NCBI GenBank assembly: GCA_964106645.2
Contig: OZ067043.1
Reading direction: 5' to 3' (one strand)
Origin: Podarcis pityusensis
Lineage: Eukaryota
Length of the DNA: 64,000 nt
Below are positions 44,097-54,969 of the stretch, in pieces; position 1 is the stretch's first letter; every line of letters starts with the position of its first letter. Position numbers and translations under genes: made by a program. The notes under the pieces were generated by a model. That model was not told the DNA's origin, ran no database searches, and saw nothing but the letters and a program-made list of their open reading frames with translations.

Positions 44097-44625
44097 CTAT
44101 TCTATTCAAGTGTATGTGTTTTTAGAGCGTTTTAAAAAAACCTATATATTCATATATTGGAGCTCACCTGCTGTGTGTGTGTGTGTGTGTGTGTGTGGAG
44201 GGTAACAGGTTGACAGTTCCCTGCTTCCTGTGTCTTGCTCCTCATGCCTCATAGGATTGCTTTTCAGGGTGCCACGGGGCAGGACTCTTCCTACCCCCCT
44301 CAGAATAGGGAAGCTAAAAAGCCCTTGGGCAGTACACTACATATAGTTCTTTGGATTCCAGCCACTAACTATTTATAATACAGTGTTTTTGCATGTACTC
44401 GCACGCCAAGCAGAGTTTAATTAAATTGCTACGTTTTAGGTTTCAGAGGATTTGTCCCCTGCTTTCTTGAACGTTCAGCACTTACATTTTTTTAAGCCAG
44501 TAGATAACATTGCATTGGCAGAAGACAAGCAAAACTCTTAATGCAGGACTACAGGTGCCTTGTAAAAGAAACATGAAATACATGAAGTCACATTACACAA
44601 AGTCAAATGATTGGTTCTTTTTGCC

Positions 44626-44641
44626 TGCTGCCATCTAGCAG
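44626..44641 (-). promoter_or_regulatory. Candidate CTCF core site
   Basis: Minus strand CTGCTAGATGGCAGCA. Confidence 0.4.
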
Positions 44642-45298
44642 ATTTTATCTAGCCTTGTAAACAAAGGCCCTTCTTACCTCTGCTGTGTGTGAAATTGAGG
44701 CCTGAGCTGTAACCCTCTCCCCTTTAATATGAATTTGTCTGATAGTATAGCCGTTTTTAACATCAGTGCCAAACGTGGTGCTTTGCAGACTCTGCTGTTC
44801 GTTTATTCCTCCTACATATATGACATAGGCCTTGCCTTTTCTCTTCTTTCCTCTTGAACTAACACTGACCTTTCCTGTCAGTGTATCTGAGTCAATTTCC
44901 ATGCCGACACCGGCTAATTTTGCTGAAAACATTCCCAATCTATCACTCTTGTTCCTTTTCCCTCGGTGAGTAAGCAAGCTATGTTCATTGTTACACTCAA
45001 ACTTGAAAGGATTATGGAAATAGTTGCTCCATAATAGGTTAGGAGGATGCAAAGGCGAGTTCTTATCCTCAGATCTATGTTGTATTTTGATGGGCCAGTT
45101 TTCACAGACACATCCTGTTAGGCTCTTAACAGAGTATTTCTGCCAGCTGAGACAGAATTAGATTTGGTTCTCTCAAAATTACCCCCCACCAAAAAAACTT
45201 TTATTTTGTTTCTCATGCCAATTCTCCCACACCCTGGAACCTGAAGAGATACGTTAGGTGACCACTCAAATGTGACTCTCTGGATATCTGGCTTAGAG

Positions 45299-45433
45299 GA
45301 GGGTTTCCCAAACTTGTGTCTCCAGCTGTTGTTGGAATACAACTCCCATCATCCCTAGCTAGCAGAAACAGAGGTCAGGGATCAGGGAATTGTAGTCCAA
45401 AAGCAGCTGGAGACCCCTGTTTGGGAAACACCG
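45299..45433. mobile_element. hAT-type palindromic MITE
   Basis: TIR core gtttcccaaac / gtttgggaaac; 8-bp TSD gcttagag at 45291-45298 and 45434-45441. Confidence 0.8.
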
Positions 45434-47851
45434 GCTTAGAGTGTACCACTGAGTCTGTTTTGAACTTTGTACCTGATCTTTACTCTTGATTCTAAAACAT
45501 TTTTTAAGAGAAGAAATGGATTCCAGCTACTTATGTTCTGTGTGGTTAGTTAGTGCAATTTAAAATGCTTCAGTAAGTGTCTCGAATAATTTTCTTCAAT
45601 TTCCATTATTTTGAATCACCTCCTTCTATAGCATTGTTAAGAATGTTGTATTAGGAGTCCTCTGGAAACTATATAGCTCTATAGCTCATAATTTGCATAT
45701 AGGTTTCTTTTTAAAAAAAAAAAAAAAGCATTAAGAGTGAGAACATATTCTTGCTTTCTCCAAAGAACGCTAAATACAATATGCATAGCTGATGTACAGC
45801 TTCCGTCTTCACTTGGTTCAATAATGGCACCCGCAGGTAAGAGTGAGAATCACAGGTATTTCACTCTCCTTAAAACAGTTATGCCACAAGCACATGGCTA
45901 TATACTGTACTATTCACTTTCTAATCTACTTATGGATACAATGTTCAGACATTTTTCTGGGCAGAAGCAAATATTTCTGTTAAGTTGGCTATTTATACTT
46001 TAGTGTTTCAAACCCCTGCAAAAAGAAAGGAAACCTTGCAGACATTTACATTGTAAATAATCATTCAAAATACAGGCCTCTCAACTTCTGCACAATAGTA
46101 CAGTAATTGGAACGCTAAGAGCCGAATTTTAACTGCGTATCTCTGTCCAGGTTTTGCACAGTGCATGTATATGTCTGTAATATGTATGCAAATATGTCAC
46201 ACAAACATGCTGCCAGAGTTGCTGAACTACATTTGGTTCTGTCAAAGGCTTTCTTGCTCACAAAGGCAGGCTGTTGTGCACGCATTGTGCGTATGGGCCC
46301 CTTACCATCTGTTGTGCATGCGATTTGTAGCCAATGATTGTGTGAATTGACCCAAGGTCTTAACCACCCAGACCTTTCTGACTGAAAAAAATCAGTCATG
46401 CTCAGTTTATTCATTAAAATATAAGGCTCTGAGAATTCCAAATTGGCACCAATTTCTGTGCGTTTAGTTCTCTGTCTTTCTCTAAGAGAAAAAGGTTTGT
46501 AACGGAGCCCAATATAAATGTTGGGAGCAATAGTAATTCTTCTGTTTCCAACTCTGCTCTCTTCTTGGGCGACTTCTTGGATAGCAGTATATTTTGCTTG
46601 ATTCTCTACAGTGTGAACAGCTGGGGGCCATTTCTTGCTGCCTCCCCCAAAATCTGAGCACCTGATGAACCAACTATTTGAGAACTTGCTCAGATTTGTT
46701 ATAATGGAGGTTTGGGTTGAATTCTGATTTGCTTTAAAAACCTTAAACCTTGGGTCTGATTTTGCTTCAGGTTCAGTAGGCCCACTTTGTTAACATTCAC
46801 TTTTATTTGTGGATCATAAAAGAAAAGAAGCATATTTTTTTTCAGCTGCAGGAAATATAGAAAAGTCTTAAAACAGTCATGACAGAAAATTAGCAAAAGC
46901 AACCCTTCTTTTTACAGTAATATTATTACTCAGTGCTTACAAGCCTGAGGGTGGCTAGTTGGTTATGTTTCTTTTTAAAAATGCTGAAGTGCAGCTGGTA
47001 TTCCTTAAAAAATTAACTTTGCAGCCACAAAAGTTCAATCCTGGAAAAAATTACTGGGAAATGCAAGGATAGTGATGTCATGTATTTGTTTTAATGCTTA
47101 TACATTCAAGGGGAAAGCATTCATCTGCTTTTATTTCAAGTCATTTTGAAGTAAAATCCATTTCCTTTTTGGCAAGCCTAGCACGAGCATTTTTAAATTT
47201 AAAAACTGGTACTTGTAATTAATGTAGAACCACTCGATGGTTATGTTTCTTTAACGATAATTGCACGGTATTGACTATAGCTTACAGCTTCATCCACCAA
47301 CAAGAGTATCTTCTGCATAAGCCAAAAAGGGTCCCAAATCCAGCAATGATGGGCAATTTTATGGGTTTTACAGGACATAGGTATTTTAATTGCCTAGTAC
47401 TTGAGCCTCTCTGCTCTTAAATTGGGCTTCTGAGCATGGCTTGTGCATTGTGGTAGAAGGCCAAACATTGTCCATTACTTCTTTCTCCCAGTGGTTGATA
47501 AAACAGCTCAGCTGCAGATCTGCAAACTGCTTGCGGTGTCTGTACAATATTTATCAAAATCAGCTGTACAGTATCAAGATTGCAGGAGCCAGAAATGGGG
47601 CCCAAATATTAAATAAAAATAGATTGGCGTAAAAATATACATAGTCAATTTGAATTTGTATATTGAAGACAATGGATAAGTAATTTGCTTATCTTAGAAT
47701 GTCACTTTGCTTTCAATAATTTAGAGATGGGTTCAACAAGCACAAAAAAATTCTAATTGGATTTCATGGAGCGCACAAAAACATCTCGGGGGGGGAGTGG
47801 AGAGTAGTCTAGCATGATGTTGTGTGTTTATAAAGTAAGTTGCGGTTTTTT

Positions 47852-47879
47852 GGGGGTGGGGTGGGGTGGGGTGGGGTGG
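47852..47879 (+). repeat. (GGGGT)n G-rich repeat with G-quadruplex potential
   Basis: Five G4-G5 runs separated by single T. Confidence 0.85.
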
Positions 47880-47923
47880 AAATGCAAGTACAATTTTTAA
47901 TATTCTGCCTTATTTCAGTAGCA

Positions 47924-47956
47924 TGCAGTTTCCTCATCTTCCACTAGATGGAAGTG
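47924..47956 (+). promoter_or_regulatory. Candidate CTCF site with upstream (U) motif
   Basis: TGCAGT-N11-CCACTAGATGGAAGTG. Confidence 0.5.
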
Positions 47957-49920
47957 TTTCACAATGGTATTACAATCTGTAGGACTTTTAAGGACTGTTG
48001 AATACCATCCAAGGTGTGAAAATTACCAGTTCTCATCCTTTCCCCCAACATATTCCAGAGGAGTTTCTGAATAAAAATTAAATCCCAAATATAACCCCCC
48101 CAAATTACATATTCAGCAGAAATAGCCCTTTCCTGAGATTATACTAGGTAATGCTATTTTCCCATATGTCCCAGAATCATCTACTCTGATGTAGATATAT
48201 ACAGATGAGAAAATGTTTGTATTTCTCCTGTTTAGGGTGCTATCTCCACTGAAATAAGTGGCGGTTGTGCAAAATAACTATGGTGCTCTTGCAGAGTTCC
48301 CATACTTTTTGATAGGCTTTGCACACAAGAACTTCTCTCTCAGTGGACTGTGCTCTTTTTAATTTGTACAGAAATGCTTTAGTATATAGGACCGATGTCC
48401 TCATTCCAGTGGTAACCTCTTTAGGCCAACTTAGGTTTTACCACCTCTAATCTGTAGTAAAGGAAAATGAGTTGTTTACAAACTACAGTCCGACAGAGCT
48501 GTTTTAAATAGGATCGTCATTTAAAACCAAAGCCCTGCAGTTCCTGAGCCACCAAAGCTAGGAGTTACTCAGAGCCATCTCCAACACCAAGTAAAGCACA
48601 AGGCTCTACACACACACACACACACACTTAGTTTTTCTTACTATGGCTTTACAACACTTTGCTTAGTCCGAAGAAAAGTATTGCCTCAATGTAGCTTTCT
48701 TCCCAATGGAGAATAAGCACCGCCTATGATTTTTTGCCTATTTGGGAGATCATGCTAAATGTGTGGGTTATTCATGATCATATCTGTTGAGAATTAGAAA
48801 AACAGCAAGGGGGGATTTCTCTATCAGGAAATGGAGCATTTGCACCTAATACTTCATCTGTTTAATTAAAGCACCATTCACCCCCATAACCGTCTAACCA
48901 ATGAAATTTACATCGTAATTGTGTTATTAATCTTGGTGTTTCCAAATGTCTCAACACAAATACATCTACATTCTCTTAACGTGGACTAGCTCTGAAAGCA
49001 AAATACATTTCTGGCCTTAGTGAGTGAGCAACTTGCATTAATCCACAAATAAGGATATGTCACACCCTACATCAAAGATGCCATCCAGCCTGTTAACTTC
49101 AGAAAATCAAACTACATAGGACCATCTATCGAAAGGCCAAATTACCTGTTACCACCTGTTAATGTGTATAAGAAAAATCTAAAAGATGCAGATGTTTCTA
49201 CAGAGGAGCAACTCCAGAAGTGGGGCAACTGTTGGCAGCATCTGGAGCTGCCTTCATCAAAGGCCACCCTATTGATACTTCTTTCATCGTGGTGTATGGT
49301 GTACTGCTCACAAAAGTTTTAGTTTTAACAGGTCAATGATTTGTACAGAATTTATTACTGGAGTGTGGATGATGTTTCTCCCCATTTTGATTAATCTTTC
49401 CAAATTGCAAACTGACTTGTGTCCTAGAGAACGTCCTTCTGAGCACTAATTTTCCATGCCAAAATAGCTGAAGACAGCATGTCCTCTTTTGTAGGTGAGC
49501 CACAATTTTGGCTGACAAGTCTCATGACAAAATGTTCCCTGAAGTTTAATACTGATGCAACTGTAAGCTTACTTGTCCAGTTGGGAGTATCGTAAGAACC
49601 AATATGTCTGCCAATGGTCTGGGGAGACATAAGCCTAAAGTGTACAGCTAGGGAAGCACTCTCGCTCACAATAAGGCAATTTGCGCAGTTTTCAGGTGTG
49701 GATGGGGGCGAAGTTCATATCTTGTTGCAATGCAAATGCTAATGTTCATCCCCGTATTATAACAGGGTGTGAGTATGTGGTTTATACAACTGTAGCTGTC
49801 TTGGAGCTAGCGAGTGGTATCATGGCCCATTAGCACTTGTGGAGATAGGTCAAAAACTGGTTTGAAGACCTGCTTTTATGTTAACAAAATGGTCTAATGA
49901 CTGTATCTCTAAATGCCTGG

Positions 49921-49922
<2 letters not shown>

Positions 49923-49962
<40 letters not shown>
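49923..49962. repeat. (CA)n microsatellite
   Basis: Direct inspection. Confidence 0.95.
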
Positions 49963-49965
<3 letters not shown>

Positions 49966-50250
49966 TACTGTGTGTTCATTCTTTCAAGCAGCCCTAGCCA
50001 CATATCCAGGGTCTTTGTCTTGGAATACTTGCTCTCAAACAATATTAGCATGACCTTCCCATAAGGTCATAATATAATGTGCTGATTGCAGGAATCTGGC
50101 AACAGGCACATGGTTTGTTCTGACTTTAGGTTGGCTAAAATACCCATAAAACTACTGACAGATGTAGGAAGAGCACTGTTTCTTTCCCTTGGTTCTGCTG
50201 GTTAGGTTTCCCTTTAAGACAGCCAACCCACTTCATCATTATGTGAAATA

Positions 50251-50604
50251 AAGGTAAATGGTAAAGGGACCCCTGACCGTTAGGTCCAGTCGTGGACAAC
50301 TCTGGGGTTGCGGCGCTCATCTCGCTTTACTGGCCAAGGGAGCCAGCGTACAGCTTCCGGGTCATGTGGCCAGCATGACGAAGCTGCTTCTGGCGAACCA
50401 GAGCAGCACACGGAAACACTGTTTACCTTCCCACCGGAGCAGTACCTATTTATATACTTGTACTGCGTGCTTTTGAACTGCTAGGTTGGCAGGAGCAGGG
50501 ACCGAACAATGGGAGCTCACCCCGTCATGGGGATTCGAACCACCAACCTTCCGATCGGCAAGCCCTAGGCTCTGTGGTTTAACCCACAACGCCACCTGCG
50601 TCCG
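50251..50604 (-). mobile_element. Sauria SINE, full length
   Basis: Reverse complement of the 8791 family; TSD attat(g/a)tgaaata at 50238-50250 and 50606-50618. Confidence 0.9.
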
Positions 50605-50871
50605 TATTATATGAAATACTAGGCTTTTATTTAATGCTTATAGCAATGGGCCAGGAAGGATGAAACTTCATGCAGAGGGGTATGATACATGCGGAGCAGC
50701 AATAGAAGACACAGCTGTAGTGTGTCAGAAGCTTTATGCTATGGATGGGGAAACTCTTGTCCATCAGATGTTGTTGGACTCCAACTTCCAGCAGCCCCAG
50801 CCAGCATGGCCAGCAGTCAAGAGTTGATAGGAGCTGTAGTCAACATCTGGAGGGTGATAGGTTCCCTATAA

Positions 50872-51212
50872 AATCAAAGAATTGTAGAGTTGGAAGGGAC
50901 CCTAAAGGCCATCTAGTCCAACACCCTGCACTGGAGGAATCTCAACTAAAGCTTCCATAAAAGATGGCTGTCCAACCTCTTCTTAAAAACCTCCAAGAAA
51001 GGACAGTCCACCACCTTCCGAGGGAATCTGTTCCATAGCTCTTGCCATCAGAAAGTTCTTCCTGATGTTTAGTCGGAATCTCTCTTCTTGTGAATTGAAT
51101 CCATGGCTTTGGGTCGTAGCCTCCAGAGCAGGAGAAAACAAGCTTGCTCCGTTTTCCATGTGACAACCCTAGATATCTGAAGATGGCAATCATATCTCCT
51201 CTTAGTCTGCCC
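50872..51212 (-). mobile_element. CR1 LINE 3' fragment
   Basis: Minus strand encodes RGDMIAIFRYL (CR1 ORF2 C-terminus), followed by the CR1 tail. Confidence 0.8.
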
Positions 51213-51614
51213 TTAATCTCCTCTTATCCTATCCATGCTTTACATTGTAAATAAAGATGGTTCGATGACAAATGCCACATTCCACCAACGTTTTGCTTAG
51301 ACAGTGGCACAGCCAGTGTAATTGCTTAGCCACGGAACTTCATCTTTCCCCTAAGAATTATCAATGAGGTGGGAAAGACCTACATATTTGTCTTCGCTCC
51401 TGCAATGGCAATACAGTCTACAGGCATATTTATTTATTTATTTATAATTTCTATACCGCTTAATATTTTTAATAAAAACCTCAAAGCGGTGTACAGCATT
51501 AAATCAATAAAACAGTAGCTGGGCAAAGTTCCTCCGGCCTCATGAGGAGCCTCTTTAGTATAGGAGAGATGTGGCTATTTTGTATGTAAAGAGCTGTAAG
51601 ATGTTGAAATTTGG

Positions 51615-52898
51615 TAAAGATTTTGGTAAAAATATCCAACTATCAGCATGGGAAAGATCATGGAATAAAGAATAGAAATTTACGGCCTGTTATAGGTAAA
51701 GGTACCCCTGCCCATACGGGCCAGTCATGACCGACTCTAGGATTGCGCGCTCATCTCGCTCAAGAGGCCGGGAGCCAGCGCCGTCCGAAGACACTTCCGG
51801 GTCACGTGGCCAGCGTGACGAAGCTGCAACTGGCGAGCCAGCACCAGCGCAGCACACGGAAACGCCGTTTACCTTCCCGCTATAAAGCAGTACCTATTTA
51901 TCTACTTGCACTTAGGGGTGCTTTCGAACTGCTAGGTGGGCAGGACTGGGACTGAAAGACGGGAGCTCACCCCACCGCGGGGATTCGAACCACCGACCTT
52001 ACGATCAGCAAGTCCTAGGCACTGAGGTTTTACCCACAGCGCCACCTGCGTCCCTTTGTATAGTGTATAAACGGCCTGTTATACACTAAAGGAAAATCTT
52101 TTGAAGATGTTTTACAGGTGGTATATAACTCCCAGCAAACTATCCAAAATGTATAAAACGAGATCTAATATGTGCTGGAGGTGTAAACAGGCAGAAGGGA
52201 CACTTTCATATGTGGCGGGGTTGCAAAAAAATTAAGAATTTTTGGGATATTATATATGAGGAATTGAAAAAAAATGTTTAAGCAAACTTTCATAAAGAAG
52301 CCAGAAGCCTTCCTCTTAGACATTTTAGATTCAGATATTTCAAATGAAAAAAAAAGAGAATATTCTTATATGCTACAACAACAGCAAGAATATTAATTGC
52401 CAGAAATTGGAAAGGAGAATTAGTACCAAGAAAAGAGGAATAGCAGGATAAATTATTTGAATATCTCCAACTGGCAAAAATGACAGAGACAGTTAGGAGA
52501 CAGCCAAACCGAAAGTTCAAAAAGGAGTGGGAAATTTATAAAAAAATATTTAAAAAACCCAGTGCCCTCAAGTTTAAACCTGGACATGCTTTGATTACCG
52601 GTAATTTTTGCAAACCACAATATGGATTATAAGTATAGTATTCAGATAACAGAAGAAATGGCAAAATGATTAAAGAAGCAGTTTATTAAACAGATAAGAC
52701 AGACTCGCTTTGAGGAAGACGGAAGTCTATTGGGGAAGATAAGGATTGGGAATTAAGAACATGGTGGCATAAGTTCTTTTGCAAGAATGTATGGATTTAT
52801 AGATGGGTGGATTTTTTTTGTTTTTTGTTATTTATAATTTTTGTTAATTTCTTGTGTGTGTTTGTTAAGTAATAAAACTAATAAAAAGCATATTTAAA
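51615..52898 (+). mobile_element. 5'-truncated L1-type LINE interrupted by a Sauria SINE
   Basis: Degenerate ORF2 C-terminal Cys/His motif (CWRC...HMW.GC..I..FW) at about 52170-52250; aataaa and A-rich end; 17-bp TSD aagatgttgaaatttgg at 51598-51614 and 52899-52915. Confidence 0.82.
51695..52054 (-). mobile_element. Sauria SINE nested in L1
   Basis: TSD acggcctgttata at 51682-51694 and 52071-52083; same subfamily as the 31853 copy. Confidence 0.9.
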
Positions 52899-54921
52899 AA
52901 GATGTTGAAATTTGGGTGGATTTCACATAATCTCTAGAAAGGGGAGAGGATCTTGATGTCTTGATGGACTTTGAAGAGAGGTTGGGCATTTGCAATTTAA
53001 TGTGGGGGTAAACTAAAGTTAGTAATAAGATAAGTAATAAGTCTGTGGGTAATTTATTCAAGTTTCAATGTAAATCTTAGGTATTTCCATATGGGTGATG
53101 CACCTACTCTACAACAGGTGGAAAGCAATTTTTAATAAGAATCAGGTTAAGTCTTATGTTTGACAATAACAAATGTTTATAAGTAAATAATTAAAATCTG
53201 TTACCATTTCTGTTCTTTCAAGTCTTTTAACTGAAAATGTAGCACCCCCACTGATCAGTCCGCTTTTGATTTCCTTTTCCACTCACCCTTATAGCAATAT
53301 AGAAATCTCAAAGGGGCAATAGTCTTTTATAATACCTTTTCTGATACAGCACTAAAGTATAAGATGAATAGCTAAATCCAGATAAAGTTGGGAGCGATCT
53401 CTGGTGAAAAAGTGGAAAGATATACATGTGCACAAACAGCCTGATAAAGGTGAAGGAGGTGGGTTGGAAAATTGCCAGTGCAAAAAGGGTCACATAAAGA
53501 TCTTCAAGTGAGCACTACTAGCATTGAATTTCACGGCTCCCTGATCCAACTGTACTTGTGAACAACTAGTAATGTGCAAAAACTGCCTGCTTTAGAAGTG
53601 ATGCCCACCACAATTTGCACTGAAGTATGCACCAGTCCATTTCAATATGGACACAGTGAGTATCAAGCAAATGAGGATGTTCTTAACCAAAAATTATTCT
53701 CCCAACCCCCACCCATCTCCGAAATATTGAAAGTTGATAGGAAAGTGATGGTGATGATGCCCAATGGGTTTTTACTTCTTCTTTGAACAAGAGATTGTGC
53801 CATGCCATGAAATCTGCTTGAGATGCTCCCTCGGTTTCAAAAGATGTTTGCCAAGTGATAGAATCAAGAGGAGAGCTGCTGTTCAGAAAATAGAAGACAA
53901 AAGCTGCTTTGGGAAGATGGAAATAGTTGTACTTGGGATCCCAACCACAGTGCTGGACTGATGTAAGTGAAAAAGCCAAAAATAGAGGCTTTTGCCCCAC
54001 AGAGCTTGTGGTCTAGATATGAACTTTGCACGCGTTAGCAGCCCTAAAATTCACCAAGACACAGGTGGGGCTTCTATGGTTTTTATGAGGAATGTAATAC
54101 CAGTGTAAGTGATACAAATGTGACTGACCTATGACTGAGCAGTGTGTTGGAGTCCTTATTCATTCTTCTAAATGTCAGCTGAGTTGGTGGCATGGAAGCA
54201 AGAATCTAGTGCATAAATTACCTAATAAAGCATGTTACAAAGCACTAAAAGCAGCATGAATTTGCAATACTATCTTTACAAAGTGCTTGAAGAACAATTC
54301 TGAGGAATGAGTAATGTCCCATAATTGTCACTACATGAATCCAACTCTTGAGAAAGGATAATGCTGTCCAAATGCGTTTGTTCTTCCTCAGCCCCTTACC
54401 TAAAAAAAGAGCTATAAATATAAATGTGCAAGTAAGGAATGATGACTGGGCTAATAAACAGGCAGTTAACTGGATAATTATTCTGAAATTATGTTTTAAG
54501 CTAGATCTTTAATTATGTAATTAAAAACAACAACACTGAATAGCATTCCGAAGAAAGACTATATATTTTAAAGTTATGGGACCTATGTTCTTGTAACTTA
54601 CTGTTCACTTTCAAATATTATTTTTGGCTGCTTGTTAAGTATGTAGTGTAATTAATCTACACAGTACAGTAGAGGATGGGGAATCTTTTTTTGGCTGCAT
54701 TTCCTCTTTGATAGTCCTCCAAGCATGGGGCATGCCACCAGTGGCTGTGGCCATTGTGTGCATGACCACACACAGATATACATGCATGCAAATACACCCC
54801 AGGTACTCTCACCTGGACCACAAACCATGTAGGCAAGGGGACATCACATGCATATTAACATATACAAAACACACTCACTAGACATGGGCGAACATACATA
54901 TACGCATATGTATGAACACAG

Positions 54922-54923
<2 letters not shown>

Positions 54924-54967
<44 letters not shown>
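54924..54967. repeat. (CT)n microsatellite
   Basis: Direct inspection. Confidence 0.95.

Positions 54968-54969
<2 letters not shown>

Noticed and set aside
44645-45052. 135-aa minus-strand ORF
   Set aside because: No recognisable domain, a non-ATG start and no supporting exon structure.
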